Source: a virus. From it: a stretch of 50,705 bases of DNA. The notes beneath the pieces were generated by a model. The model did not search any database. It worked only from the letters and a program-made list of their open reading frames with translations, and was not told the DNA's origin. The DNA lies in the IMG/VR virus record IMGVR_UViG_3300029876_000011; one strand, 5' to 3'. Below are positions 18,882 to 28,999 of this stretch, piece by piece (the stretch's first letter is position 1; each line of letters opens with the position of its first letter). The translations under genes and the position numbers were made by a program.

Positions 18882-19601
18882 TTAAATAGTAAATGTCTTA
18901 TTAAAACATAGCCAAGCACTAGTGCTTGCTGTTGCATTAGCATTTGTTCCATATCTTGAAAATTGAACTGTACCATTTGAATTAATTGTAAGTAACCAAA
19001 CATTTTTTCCTGAACCTTGACATATTTCAAAAATCGCATTTGATGGTCTATATCCTGTCGGCAAAGTAAATATTGTTACGCCAGTAGTGCTACCAGTCAA
19101 ATTACTTTTTGGTGATACAACTCCTCTTATTTCAACTATATTTCCTACTTTTCTATATTGAGGTGTATTTGAAGAAATATTGCTATAAGCATTGAAATTA
19201 CTAGTTAATGTAGCATTTTTCCAACCACTATCATCTAAATCTTCATAAGAACTATTAGTTATCTTGTACCTTTTAGAACTATTACTCGAAATAATAGTTA
19301 CATAAGAGTAAGATGTTCCTTTCTCTACAATTACATAAGCAAAGGGATCTACTCCACTTATTCCACTTTGAGAAGAATAATATTTAAAATAACCATATAT
19401 TTTATAAATACCAGTATTTAAATTTCTTAATATGATTGGATTAGAAGCATCTTCACTTGCTTTATATATTGGTAATTGCTCATCTATGTCAGTAATAACA
19501 TAACTCTCATTTTTTGAAAGTGAGTTACTATTTTTTAACTCTCTATATTTAGAAAGAGTTAGTTTGTTAATGGTAACTCCATTTACTTGTGTTACACCCA
19601 T
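18882..19601 (-). CDS. Tail-fibre-associated protein (shares a domain with the collagen-like fibre)
   Basis: EDASNPIILRNLNTGIYKIYGYFKYYS parallels [27 protein letters not shown] in 20925..23315. Confidence 0.4.
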   Translation of the reverse strand: MGVTQVNGVTINKLTLSKYRELKNSNSLSKNESYVITDIDEQLPIYKASEDASNPIILRNLNTGIYKIYGYFKYYSSQSGISGVDPFAYVIVEKGTSYSYVTIISSNSSKRYKITNSSYEDLDDSGWKNATLTSNFNAYSNISSNTPQYRKVGNIVEIRGVVSPKSNLTGSTTGVTIFTLPTGYRPSNAIFEICQGSGKNVWLLTINSNGTVQFSRYGTNANATASTSAWLCFNKTFTI

Positions 19602-19604
19602 AAA

Positions 19605-20912
19605 CTACTCCCAAATTTTTGTTACTGCTGTGTAGATGGTTGGTTTATTGGTTAAATCATTGTATGAACCACTAAATAGACTAGGTTTATTAGTTAAGTC
19701 ATTATAATTTCCACTAAATATTGTAGGCTTGTTTTTTAAATCACTATATGATCCAGTAGTTGCAACTGTTGCTAAATCACTTTTATTTGCCTTATTGCCA
19801 ATAGCATTATTTAAAGTACTAACAACTGTTTCATTGTTTTGAATTGCTTCTGCTATTTCTTGCAATGTATCTAATGTTGTCGGTGCTGTACCTACTAAAT
19901 TTGCAACTTTTGTATCTGTATATGTTTTTGCTTCTGTTAATTTACTACTTGCATCTGTTTTAGTTTCAAGTCCACTTATATTTGGAATATCACTTGCATT
20001 TGCCTTGCCACTAATAGCAGAACTTAATTCTGTTTCAGTTATGTACTCACTAGGAATTGCTGTTAAGTATCCTTTATCATTTGTGAATGCACTAATCTTT
20101 GTTGGTACTGTTGGAATTGTAGGCTTATTAGTTAAATCGTTATAATTTCCACTAAAATTACTTTTTCCATTCCAAGTTTCCTTTTCACTTGCACTTACAA
20201 ATTGATCATCAGTAAATAGCCATACTTCATTATCATCATAAATTGTATCTGTAAATTTAGCATTACTTGGTACATCACTATCTACTGTATGATTATTAAC
20301 TTTTTCTGCATTGTCTACTATTCCATCGTGATTAGTATCATATACAGAACTCATCATATCTCCTTGTCCTGCATTACTCCATTTACAATCAAAATCAGTA
20401 TCACTTAATTTAGTTAATACTTGCCCTGCTGTACCTCCGACTGGTAATGCCTTTTCTACATCACCTAATACTTCTTTTGTTTCATCAAGAACTTTTTGTG
20501 CTTCTGATATAAAATCAGGATATTCTTCTGGCATATTTTCACTAGCATTAATTGAATTTAATATTGTAAATTTTATTGTATAAGTTTTAAATACTGTTCC
20601 ATCTTTTCTTAGTACTACTTCTACTTTAAGATCACCAGCAATATCTAATAATGAATTTGGAATAGCATATTCAACATATTTAATCGTTAATTTTTCGGCT
20701 TCGCTTTCTATTATTTCTTCTTGAATTTCTAACTTAGGTGTACTGAACTTTGTACCATCTATTTTTTCAAATTCTAAATAAAAATCTTTATCATACATTT
20801 TTTCATCTAACATAAACCATAGTTTGGTTGCTTCGTTTTCATAAGTTTTTCCTATGATTAAGTTGCTACAACTATAATTTCTATCATTATTTAAATAAAT
20901 ATCTATTTCCAT
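19605..20912 (-). CDS. Tail fibre protein
   Basis: 435 aa; C-terminal repeated (F)SG(N/S)YNDLTNKP(T/S) motifs; overlapping start with neighbour. Confidence 0.5.
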   Translation of the reverse strand: MEIDIYLNNDRNYSCSNLIIGKTYENEATKLWFMLDEKMYDKDFYLEFEKIDGTKFSTPKLEIQEEIIESEAEKLTIKYVEYAIPNSLLDIAGDLKVEVVLRKDGTVFKTYTIKFTILNSINASENMPEEYPDFISEAQKVLDETKEVLGDVEKALPVGGTAGQVLTKLSDTDFDCKWSNAGQGDMMSSVYDTNHDGIVDNAEKVNNHTVDSDVPSNAKFTDTIYDDNEVWLFTDDQFVSASEKETWNGKSNFSGNYNDLTNKPTIPTVPTKISAFTNDKGYLTAIPSEYITETELSSAISGKANASDIPNISGLETKTDASSKLTEAKTYTDTKVANLVGTAPTTLDTLQEIAEAIQNNETVVSTLNNAIGNKANKSDLATVATTGSYSDLKNKPTIFSGNYNDLTNKPSLFSGSYNDLTNKPTIYTAVTKIWE

Positions 20913-20924
20913 TTCTAACCTCCT

Positions 20925-23315
20925 TTACTTTACTGAATCTGATGGACTAGTTTTTGTATATTCAAGTGTTATTTGAACATTAGTTGGACTATATGACCAT
21001 TGATTAGTACTAAAATACAAACTTATTTCTGTTGAAGTAAAATCATATAACCAAATTTCCCAACTAGTATAATTTGCGGGTATCATTTGCTGTTTACCAT
21101 CATTTCTATCACATCTGCCATGAGCATTTATAAAATTTTTTACATTACTTATGCCATGCTGTATATAAGTTTTTACTGTACTTGGTGTTCCTATATTTAT
21201 TGTTTTACTATATAAAGTCGAACCATCTGTATACTTGCCTATCACTTTTTCTTCTGTTGAATAATTATTTAGGTTGTTTATATAAGAGCAACTATAAGTA
21301 TCAGTAGTACTTGTGCTTTTTGTATTTGAAACTTCTGCTACCACTCCAGAACTTTGAAATGCTTTAATTATCCAGCAATCTACTTCATATGGTTGTAAAT
21401 TGTTATGTCCTTGGTTTCCACCTGTATTAAATATAGGGTCATTAGATGTACTATAATTGCCTAGTTTACCAGCAGTAAGATAATTCTCACCGAAACCTGT
21501 ATCATTTTGAGAACATTTTATAGTGTGCTGATGACTTGGCATTTCATCTATAGTCAAAGTGTGTTTTTTTGCACCATCTTTTTTTCCTAATAAATTAAAC
21601 TCTGTTTCTGATGAAGATAAACCAACTGATACTCTTCCTTGCTTATCAGGTAAATTGAATGTTGTTGAACCATCTCCATCACCATAACTTGTACCTATAA
21701 CTGCAAATAAATCAGAATAAGTTGTTCTAGAAACTGCTTGCCCATTACATAACAACCAATTTTCTGGTATAGTGGTACTTCCATAAGGCATCATTGATCC
21801 TATCGGCAATGTATCTCCTGCAACTCCACCATCCAATGTTTTTTCAGTATAACTGTTACTTGTAATTTCATAACCAATTACTTTGTTTCCATATGGTTGC
21901 AATAACTGAACATAAGTAGTTGTTGAACTCTTAGATATTGACATTAATAAAGGACTTGTTATTGCTGTTGTTCCATCATAAGTTGAATAATACTTTATAT
22001 ATCCATACAATTTATAAATACCTTCATCAAGATTATAAAGAACAATAGGATTAGAAGTATCTTCACTTGATAGATTTATAACTGGTTTATTGGTTAAATC
22101 GTTATAATTTGTTACACCTCCACCAGCACCATCTGCACCTTTAGGAATACCAAAATCAAATATAGGATTTGCTGTTGTTCCTCTTTGAGTTACTGTTGCT
22201 TCACTTCCTGCTGCTAATGTTGTTGTTGTTCCTACTTGAATATTAGGAGTTATTCCATCTTGTCCTGTTGCTCCAGTATCTCCTTTTTCACCCTGAATAC
22301 CTTGCGGTCCCTGCTCTCCTTGTGGTCCTGTATCTCCTTTTAACAAATTGTAATCACTTGTTGTTGCTGCCACTGACCTTAAAATAGAATATTCTACTAC
22401 TGTACCAATTACATCTAATGGAATAGTCAATACAATATTATTATTTGAAATATTATATTCAGTTCCCTCTACCATCTTGAAACCATTGATATAAACACTT
22501 AATATATCTATATCACTTCTAAATGTTGTCTCACTAAATGAAATAGGTATAGTTGTTACATTTGTTGTTGTGGTTGTATATGTATTTTTTATATTTTTGT
22601 AGTATGTTGTTATATCTGTTTTTAATTCTTCTAATTGTGCTTCTGTAAAATCTTGATAAGTAAATGGATCACCTTTTGGTCCTTGTGGTCCTGTTTCACC
22701 AGTTTCACCCTTTGGTCCTTGTTCTCCTTGCACTCCCTGTTCTCCTTGTGGTCCTGTATCTCCTTGAATACCTTGTTCTCCTTTTTCACCTTGAACACCT
22801 TGTTCACCTTGCGGTCCTGTTTCACCTTGCTCTCCTTTTGCTCCTCTAGGAATAACAAAGTTAAAAACTGCTGCACTTGATGTCCCACTATTTGTTACTT
22901 GTGCATCTGTTCCTGGCTCTCCAGTAGTAGTTGTTCCTACTTGAATAGTTGCAGCACTTCCTCCACTTTGTGCATTTAGTTTTCCATTACTATCAATCGT
23001 TAAATTATCTCCAACAATTATTCCACCTAGTGAAGTTGTTGAAGCAATTGGTAAATCATTATATTTATAATTAGTTGATTTTCTAACTAAGTAATTTCCA
23101 CTGTCTATTTTTAAAATAATATCATCTGTACTTGTTAAATTTTTTGGAATAGAAAAGGTTATATAATTACTACTTCCTCCATCATATTTCACCTTTAATT
23201 TAACAGTTCCATTTGTATAGAAATAAGAGATTGGAGGATTATAATTTATAATTCCATCATTTATTTCTAATACATTTGTTGTTTTTGTAGTTCCATTTTG
23301 CAATGTAAATTCCAA
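20925..23315 (-). CDS. Collagen-like tail fibre protein
   Basis: Two Gly-X-Y blocks ([31 protein letters not shown]... and [28 protein letters not shown]); a YNDLTNKP motif; C-terminal globular domain. Confidence 0.65.
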   Translation of the reverse strand: MEFTLQNGTTKTTNVLEINDGIINYNPPISYFYTNGTVKLKVKYDGGSSNYITFSIPKNLTSTDDIILKIDSGNYLVRKSTNYKYNDLPIASTTSLGGIIVGDNLTIDSNGKLNAQSGGSAATIQVGTTTTGEPGTDAQVTNSGTSSAAVFNFVIPRGAKGEQGETGPQGEQGVQGEKGEQGIQGDTGPQGEQGVQGEQGPKGETGETGPQGPKGDPFTYQDFTEAQLEELKTDITTYYKNIKNTYTTTTTNVTTIPISFSETTFRSDIDILSVYINGFKMVEGTEYNISNNNIVLTIPLDVIGTVVEYSILRSVAATTSDYNLLKGDTGPQGEQGPQGIQGEKGDTGATGQDGITPNIQVGTTTTLAAGSEATVTQRGTTANPIFDFGIPKGADGAGGGVTNYNDLTNKPVINLSSEDTSNPIVLYNLDEGIYKLYGYIKYYSTYDGTTAITSPLLMSISKSSTTTYVQLLQPYGNKVIGYEITSNSYTEKTLDGGVAGDTLPIGSMMPYGSTTIPENWLLCNGQAVSRTTYSDLFAVIGTSYGDGDGSTTFNLPDKQGRVSVGLSSSETEFNLLGKKDGAKKHTLTIDEMPSHQHTIKCSQNDTGFGENYLTAGKLGNYSTSNDPIFNTGGNQGHNNLQPYEVDCWIIKAFQSSGVVAEVSNTKSTSTTDTYSCSYINNLNNYSTEEKVIGKYTDGSTLYSKTINIGTPSTVKTYIQHGISNVKNFINAHGRCDRNDGKQQMIPANYTSWEIWLYDFTSTEISLYFSTNQWSYSPTNVQITLEYTKTSPSDSVK

Positions 23316-23592
23316 ATAAGGATTTGTTACTGTTTCAGTTCTTATAATGATTTGAATTTCATTTGTACAGTTACCTTCGTTTGAATATCCTAAAGTATTA
23401 TTAATTAAATCTATATTTGCTATATTTCTGATAGTATCACCTTCAATCTTTTGTATTTACAGTGTAAACCTGTATATCTCTCCCCTACTCTATCGTGCAA
23501 AGCCTTATTTTATAAGGGTTTATTAACTATTTCTAAAAATTAATTATCACTTAAAATAGGGTAGGGGATTGACATTTTTATGTAAAGTATAG

Positions 23593-23952
23593 TTATTGAC
23601 TAATCTTCATCAACACTACTCTACATTCGTATGTTCCAGTAGGACCAGAACCACCATCATTATGTGTTGTAAGTGTTATATGGTTCGCAAATAGTTGTCC
23701 ACTTATAGTAAATGAACCAGCAACACCAGCACCAAAAGCCCATGCACCATTACCTGAATACTTAGTTTCTGCCGAAATGACTACACAGTTATCTTTATTA
23801 AATCCGCCAGGATAACTTATTGTTGTTGAACCTCTACCATCTGTCATACTTAAACTACCACTTGCAACTGTGAACTTATCATCAATTTCTTGTTTACTAT
23901 AAACCTCATGTTTGCATTTGCTCCCACAATATCCATATAAATTTTCTGCCAT
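23593..23952 (-). CDS. Hypothetical beta-rich protein
   Basis: 119 aa Gly/Ser/Thr-rich; between the HTH protein and the fibre genes. Confidence 0.3.
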   Translation of the reverse strand: MAENLYGYCGSKCKHEVYSKQEIDDKFTVASGSLSMTDGRGSTTISYPGGFNKDNCVVISAETKYSGNGAWAFGAGVAGSFTISGQLFANHITLTTHNDGGSGPTGTYECRVVLMKISQ

Positions 23953-23976
23953 TATTCTTCCTCCTATCTAATTGAA

Positions 23977-24456
23977 TTACCAATCTTCATATTTTGCACT
24001 TTCTTGTTTTAGTTTTAATTCTTCTTCTCTAAACTTTGCCACTAAAGGATCTTTAGTGTATTTACCTTTTGTCCAGTTATTTAACAAGTATTGTTGTTGT
24101 GCTGGATTTGGTGGTTGATATTTTGTATATACTTCTTTAACTCTTTTTGCTGGGTTTCCCTCTTCATCTAATTGAATTACCATTTTCTCTTCTGTGTATT
24201 CATATCCCATAGCAGTCTTATAAGTAATCTTTTCTAGTTCCTCGATTGCCTTCTCCCTACCATCTTTGATACACTCCGATAATTCTAAAATCTCACTTTT
24301 ATGTTTATAGTATGTTGATTGAGCAATTCCTAAATGTTTAATGATTTGCTTTTCTGAATAACCTTCACTGGCAAGTTTTTTTATTTCATCTTTCTTTGAT
24401 AAAAGATAATCTTTATTACTTTTTCTTCCTCTTTTTTTAGGTGTCTTTTCTGCCAT
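23977..24456 (-). CDS. HTH DNA-binding protein (terminase-small-subunit-like or regulator)
   Basis: GYSEKQIIKHLGIAQSTYYKH helix-turn-helix; it is 8 kb from terL, so a TerS role is uncertain. Confidence 0.35.
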   Translation of the reverse strand: MAEKTPKKRGRKSNKDYLLSKKDEIKKLASEGYSEKQIIKHLGIAQSTYYKHKSEILELSECIKDGREKAIEELEKITYKTAMGYEYTEEKMVIQLDEEGNPAKRVKEVYTKYQPPNPAQQQYLLNNWTKGKYTKDPLVAKFREEELKLKQESAKYEDW

Positions 24457-24467
24457 AATTCATCACT

Positions 24468-25442
24468 CTAAATTATTTCAATTTGAATAGCATCAATTTC
24501 TCTACCATAAATACCAGCCATACCATTAACAGAATCGTTAATGTCAAACTTAGTTATCCAGCCTAACCATCTTCCTGCTGCTACAATATTTCCATATTCA
24601 TCTTTTCGTTCTTTTATATGAACTCTATATCTAGCAGTACCTTTTGTTGACTTAATAGCAATACCATCAATTGGCTTTTCTAAAATGCCAGCGAAATCAT
24701 CTCCATATTTATCTTTTTGTCTATCAGTTATCAATCCTAACCATTTACCATTGATAGTATGAACTTGATAGATTAGATTTCCTGCTGCTTCTACTGTTCC
24801 TACTGTATTACCTCTAAAGCCACTAATAGGTTTACCATAAACTCCAGCATATCCATCTGAATCAACATTGTTGTAATTAGTGATATCACTCCACCACTTA
24901 CCACCAGCATATACTTGATATTTTACATTAATCTTTTTGTTTTCACTATTTGAAGCATTTAATTTATTTTCAACCATTTTAATAAATCTATTCCAACCCA
25001 TATCTAATGTTCTATGTGGACAATATTTACCTGAATAATCTTGGTGTTTTGTTACTTTGTCAATTCCCCAATTGTATCTCTTTAAAATATCAACAATTAG
25101 ATCAACTGCATTTTGTTCTGCTTTAATAAATCTTTCTCCACCTGATTTAGAGTAGCAAATTTCAATTGCTATACCTTCTCTATTTCCTTTTCCATTCCCA
25201 CCGTCTCCAGCATGCCAGCCATTCCTATTTTCAGGAAGTCCTTGTACTACTTCTTTATCATCTACTGCATAATGGAAAGATGTTTCATCATTATTTCTAG
25301 TCATATATGCTATCTCATTTCTAGCAGTAGCATCATTTGCAGTGTTATGTACTACTATTCTAGTAGGTGTCATACTATAAGGACATTTAATATTGTACTT
25401 GCTTTCTGGAACTATCTTTTTAATTATATTCATTTCCTTCAC
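24468..25442 (-). CDS. Endolysin: N-acetylmuramoyl-L-alanine amidase (PGRP/amidase_2 fold) with C-terminal repeated cell-wall-binding units
   Basis: IVVHNTANDATARNEIAYM...SFHY...YCPH zinc-amidase pattern; C-terminal repeats GGKWW / NGKWLGLI / AGRWLGWI. The likely true start is the second Met, preceded by a GGAG site. Confidence 0.8.
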   Translation of the reverse strand: MKEMNIIKKIVPESKYNIKCPYSMTPTRIVVHNTANDATARNEIAYMTRNNDETSFHYAVDDKEVVQGLPENRNGWHAGDGGNGKGNREGIAIEICYSKSGGERFIKAEQNAVDLIVDILKRYNWGIDKVTKHQDYSGKYCPHRTLDMGWNRFIKMVENKLNASNSENKKINVKYQVYAGGKWWSDITNYNNVDSDGYAGVYGKPISGFRGNTVGTVEAAGNLIYQVHTINGKWLGLITDRQKDKYGDDFAGILEKPIDGIAIKSTKGTARYRVHIKERKDEYGNIVAAGRWLGWITKFDINDSVNGMAGIYGREIDAIQIEII

Positions 25443-25552
25443 TCTCCTTTACTATTTGAAGCATTTTGAATAAAAAAAGATAATACATAAAATCAAAAAA
25501 CTTTATATATTATCCTCCTTTCTAATACTATTATATTAAAATAAAATATTTT

Positions 25553-26131
25553 TTACTCAAAATCGTTCATTTTTTCTCTTAATTTTCTTAAAATCCTTTT
25601 AATTTTTCTTGATATACTTCCTTGCTTAATGTTTAATATTTTTGCTAATTCATATTGTTTAATTCTCTTACAGTCTATACCATAGTAAGTTTTAATAAGA
25701 AATTTATCTTTTTCATTTAGGCTCTCAATTTCTTTATAAAGTACTTCATATTGTTCTTTTTCTATTAGCATTTTTTCTATTCTTTGAGTCTCATCTTCAA
25801 TGAAATTACTAAACTCTAATTCATCTTTATCATCATTGTTATAGACATAATCATAAGAAAGTGTATTTTTGTTTGATTTATTTTTAACACTATTTTCTTT
25901 TCTTATTTGTAAGAATATTTCATTTCTAACACATCTATAGAGATATGTTGAAGGTGCAAAGCCTTTGGTTTCATCATAAGTCTTAACACCTTTGATTAAT
26001 CCAATCATTCCTACATCATAGTAGTCCTCTTTCTTTTTATATAAGTTCATTTTTTTCAACACATCATAGATTATGTTTTCATTTTTTAAAACCAATTCCT
26101 CCTGACTTTCAGATAATTTTTTTTGCTTCAT
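25553..26131 (-). CDS. Sigma-70 family RNA polymerase sigma factor (region 2 and region 4 only, ECF/TcdR-sized)
   Basis: YYDVGMIGLIKGVKTYDETKGFAPSTYLYRCVRNEIFLQIRK matches region 2; ELAKILNIKQGSISRKIKRILRKLRE matches the region 4 helix-turn-helix. Confidence 0.7.
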   Translation of the reverse strand: MKQKKLSESQEELVLKNENIIYDVLKKMNLYKKKEDYYDVGMIGLIKGVKTYDETKGFAPSTYLYRCVRNEIFLQIRKENSVKNKSNKNTLSYDYVYNNDDKDELEFSNFIEDETQRIEKMLIEKEQYEVLYKEIESLNEKDKFLIKTYYGIDCKRIKQYELAKILNIKQGSISRKIKRILRKLREKMNDFE

Positions 26132-26152
26132 ATATCACCTACAACTATACGA

Positions 26153-26428
26153 TTATTCCTCCCTTAAAATATTTAATAATTCTATTTTATATTGATGGTT
26201 TTTTTCTCCATCTTCGGGATCTGCTAATCCCCACGGTTTATTAACATATTCAATTGCTTTTGTAATCTTCTGTTGTAATTCATATATTTCTCTTGCTTGA
26301 TCCTCCTCTATCTGTTCACTTGTTTTCTTTAATACCTCATATTCTTCTTTTAATAGAGATATTTCCTTTTGTAATTGTTCTGTTTTTGTATCTACTATTG
26401 CTTGTACATCACTATCTGTATAATTCAT
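26153..26428 (-). CDS. Hypothetical coiled-coil protein
   Basis: 91 aa, heptad-rich. Confidence 0.4.
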   Translation of the reverse strand: MNYTDSDVQAIVDTKTEQLQKEISLLKEEYEVLKKTSEQIEEDQAREIYELQQKITKAIEYVNKPWGLADPEDGEKNHQYKIELLNILREE

Positions 26429-26447
26429 AATCTTTTCTCCTCCTTAT

Positions 26448-26573
26448 CTAATTAAATATCATACAAATTATAGTCATTAAAACTATAAATACTGTGAATA
26501 CTATTAATGAAATTGTATTGCATACATCTTCATCTCTATCCATTAATTCTATTATTTTTGTGAATTTTTTCAT
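26448..26573 (-). CDS. Small membrane peptide (41 aa), not in the ORF track
   Basis: Hand translation MKKFTKIIELMDRDEDVCNTISLIVFTVFIVLMTIICMIFN, verified codon by codon; C-terminal transmembrane helix. Confidence 0.3.
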   Translation of the reverse strand: MKKFTKIIELMDRDEDVCNTISLIVFTVFIVLMTIICMIFN

Positions 26574-26581
26574 GTTTCCTC

Positions 26582-26695
26582 CTACTTTTTCTTCTTATCA
26601 TCAAGCATATTATATTTGCCAGAAATGTATGCTAATGCTACTAATCCAGCAATTACTATACCTAATCCTACAATTATACATTCGCCTGTATTCAT
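26582..26695 (-). CDS. Small membrane peptide (37 aa), not in the ORF track
   Basis: Hand translation MNTGECIIVGLGIVIAGLVALAYISGKYNMLDDKKKK, verified; AGGAGG site upstream. Confidence 0.3.
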   Translation of the reverse strand: MNTGECIIVGLGIVIAGLVALAYISGKYNMLDDKKKK

Positions 26696-26712
26696 TTGTT
26701 TTTCCTCCCTTC

Positions 26713-26904
26713 CTATTTTTCATCCATAATATAATTTTTAACTGCTATGTAATCTGCTGATGTTATCTTTCCATCTCTATTGACATCATGCCTATCATAT
26801 CTTTCTAATCCTACTAAGTATCCTAGTTCTAATGTGCATATTGTTAAAAGAAAGATACATATTACAAGTATAAAGTCTCTGCCCTCTTTTAATTTTTCTA
26901 ACAT
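26713..26904 (-). CDS. Small membrane protein with a dockerin/EF-hand-like calcium-binding motif
   Basis: Transmembrane segment ILVICIFLLTICTL followed by DVNRDGKITSADYIAVKNYI, which matches the dockerin repeat pattern DxNxDGxVNxxDxxxLxxYIL. Confidence 0.4.
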   Translation of the reverse strand: MLEKLKEGRDFILVICIFLLTICTLELGYLVGLERYDRHDVNRDGKITSADYIAVKNYIMDEK

Positions 26905-26937
26905 TACTCATCACCTTCTTTCTCTATTTCTTTACTC

Positions 26938-27189
26938 CTATATTTCACTCGTATCAATCAATACATCTCTATTAATGGAGATTCTATCCGACATATCAAA
27001 TATGTACCTAATTCTTTTAATATGGTCTTTTTCTAAACATTTTGTCAATTCATCTTTAGATATACACCACTCAAAAGTAGAATCACTAAAACAGACTATA
27101 AAATCATGACCTTCTATTTTATCTATTGTTTCTTTATCAAAAAAACTTTTATATTTTCTTAATTTAATTATTCTACATACTTCTTTCAT
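26938..27189 (-). CDS. Hypothetical protein
   Basis: 83 aa ORF in the minus-strand gene array. Confidence 0.4.
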   Translation of the reverse strand: MKEVCRIIKLRKYKSFFDKETIDKIEGHDFIVCFSDSTFEWCISKDELTKCLEKDHIKRIRYIFDMSDRISINRDVLIDTSEI

Positions 27190-27245
27190 CTGGTACTCCT
27201 ATTATTTCTTTATATGCTGATAAAATTCTTTTTAAAGTAATAAGT

Positions 27246-27575
27246 TTAGATTGTTCTTCCACTGCAATCAGTTCTTTCACAATATTGTTTTCTTAACTCT
27301 TTTAATTTGTCACAATTACTAGGACACCATATATCTCTTTCTATCAGTTCTTGGATTTGTATGCTGGCATCATGTAATTGTTTCTTTAATTGTTGGTTTT
27401 CTTTTATTAATAAATCTAGGCATCTAGCATTTTCTCCATAACAATTGCCTAAAAAAATAATTTCTCCATTTTCTATTTTTGCAACAGTCATACCAATTCC
27501 ATCTTCTCCATTTTCATCTACACCTATCGTGTATTTATCAATGTCGTAAGTATATTCTTTATTCATTACTATCAC
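27246..27575 (-). CDS. Hypothetical protein
   Basis: 109 aa; overlaps neighbour. Confidence 0.4.
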   Translation of the reverse strand: MIVMNKEYTYDIDKYTIGVDENGEDGIGMTVAKIENGEIIFLGNCYGENARCLDLLIKENQQLKKQLHDASIQIQELIERDIWCPSNCDKLKELRKQYCERTDCSGRTI

Positions 27576-27882
27576 TTTCTTGCTCTAGTTCTTGCATTTT
27601 TTTAATTACATCTCCCAATCCATCAGAAAGACCTGTTTCATAAGAACCAAGACCATAGGTGCCTTCTTTATATTCTTTTAACCATTCTTTTAATTTATTC
27701 CAATTATCTTTTAATTGTTTATTTTCTTTTAATATTTCAACACTTTCGTTATGAGTTTTAGCAAATTGATTAAGACATTCTTTTCTATCTTTTTGTAGAA
27801 AATCTATTATTGCTAATAAACTTATATTTCGTAAGCATATTAATTCTTCTACATTTCTAAAGGCTATTTCTTCTATATTCAT
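27559..27882 (-). CDS. Hypothetical protein
   Basis: 107 aa; overlaps neighbours. Confidence 0.4.
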   Translation of the reverse strand: MNIEEIAFRNVEELICLRNISLLAIIDFLQKDRKECLNQFAKTHNESVEILKENKQLKDNWNKLKEWLKEYKEGTYGLGSYETGLSDGLGDVIKKMQELEQESDSNE

Positions 27883-28097
27883 TCTGACACTCCTTTTAAT
27901 ATTTCACTTAATTTTAGTAAGTTATCTACGATTTTATATTCATCTCCAGCCTCAAACATATTGTTTATCTTTCCTAATGCCTTGCCGATTATCTTTTTAT
28001 AATTATCATTTTGACTTTTCAATGTCTCATTTTCGGTTCTTAATTTTTCAATAAACTTTAAATCATCTTCCCACATTTCTTTTTCTTTATCTGTCAT
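27879..28097 (-). CDS. Hypothetical protein
   Basis: 72 aa; start coupled to the stop of the DnaC-like gene. Confidence 0.4.
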   Translation of the reverse strand: MTDKEKEMWEDDLKFIEKLRTENETLKSQNDNYKKIIGKALGKINNMFEAGDEYKIVDNLLKLSEILKGVSE

Positions 28098-28999
28098 TAG
28101 AATAATACCTCCTCATTTCTTACTTTTTTTACTCTATAACTTTCACCTTTTATTTCTATAACTGCTGTTGCCATTTCATTGATCCTATCTACTGTCTTAT
28201 CCATAAAGTTTCTACTTCCTACTAAATCTTTAATAGAATAGTTGCTGCTAAATATAGTAGGCTTTTCTTTGTTATATCTCTTGTTAATGATTTCAAATAT
28301 CTTATCTTGACTAAAGTTATCACCACTATTTTTAGATAGACTTTCTGTTCCTAAATCATCTATGAATAAGAAGTCCACATCTGCAATGCTATTGATAACA
28401 TTATCATCTGTTTCAATTGATTTAGAATTGTATGTATTTCTTATTGATTTTAAAATTTCATAGAAGTTAGTAAACAGTACTGAATATTCCTTTTCCATTA
28501 ATTCGTTTGCCATACAAGCAGTTAATACAGTTTTACCTACACCAGAATTTCCATATAGATAAATACCATAACCTTTGTTAAATACTTCACATGAAATATC
28601 ACAATACTTTTTACATCTGTTAAATGCTTCTGCAAAACTTCTATTTGTTAAATCTAAATCAGAAAATCTTATATTTTTGTATCTTTTATCTATTAGTGAT
28701 CTATCTTTTAATTTCTCTATTCTTAGTAATCTTTTTCTTCTATCTTCTTCCTCTTTAAGCCTTTGCTGTTCTTCTTCATAACATTTACAAACACATCTCC
28801 TGGCAATCAAATTATTTCGCCAATCATTGCCTACAAATAATTTTTTTTGATTGCATACAGTACAATAAATCATATTGTCTTTTATGTATTCATTCTTTTC
28901 TAAAGTGAAATTTGATAAAATGACATTTCCATTTTCATCTATGTTACTACCTATCGTACTTGGATAAGTCTGATTTAGCATTTCCTTGATGGATTGCAT
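28097..28999 (-). CDS. DnaC/IstB-like AAA+ helicase loader with N-terminal zinc-ribbon
   Basis: Walker A YGNSGVGKT, Walker B DFLFIDDLGTE; N-terminal CTVC...C..C. Confidence 0.7.
   Translation of the reverse strand: MQSIKEMLNQTYPSTIGSNIDENGNVILSNFTLEKNEYIKDNMIYCTVCNQKKLFVGNDWRNNLIARRCVCKCYEEEQQRLKEEEDRRKRLLRIEKLKDRSLIDKRYKNIRFSDLDLTNRSFAEAFNRCKKYCDISCEVFNKGYGIYLYGNSGVGKTVLTACMANELMEKEYSVLFTNFYEILKSIRNTYNSKSIETDDNVINSIADVDFLFIDDLGTESLSKNSGDNFSQDKIFEIINKRYNKEKPTIFSSNYSIKDLVGSRNFMDKTVDRINEMATAVIEIKGESYRVKKVRNEEVLF

Noticed and set aside
22631-22888. 85-aa minus-strand ORF inside the collagen-like fibre gene
   Set aside because: Alternative frame of the Gly-X-Y repeat region of 20925..23315; a K/E-rich artefact of the repeat.
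23977-24456. Confident call of this HTH protein as the terminase small subunit
   Set aside because: It is separated from terL by about 8 kb of fibre genes, whereas the 103-aa ORF 15708..16019 is translationally coupled to terL. It is left as a low-confidence alternative.
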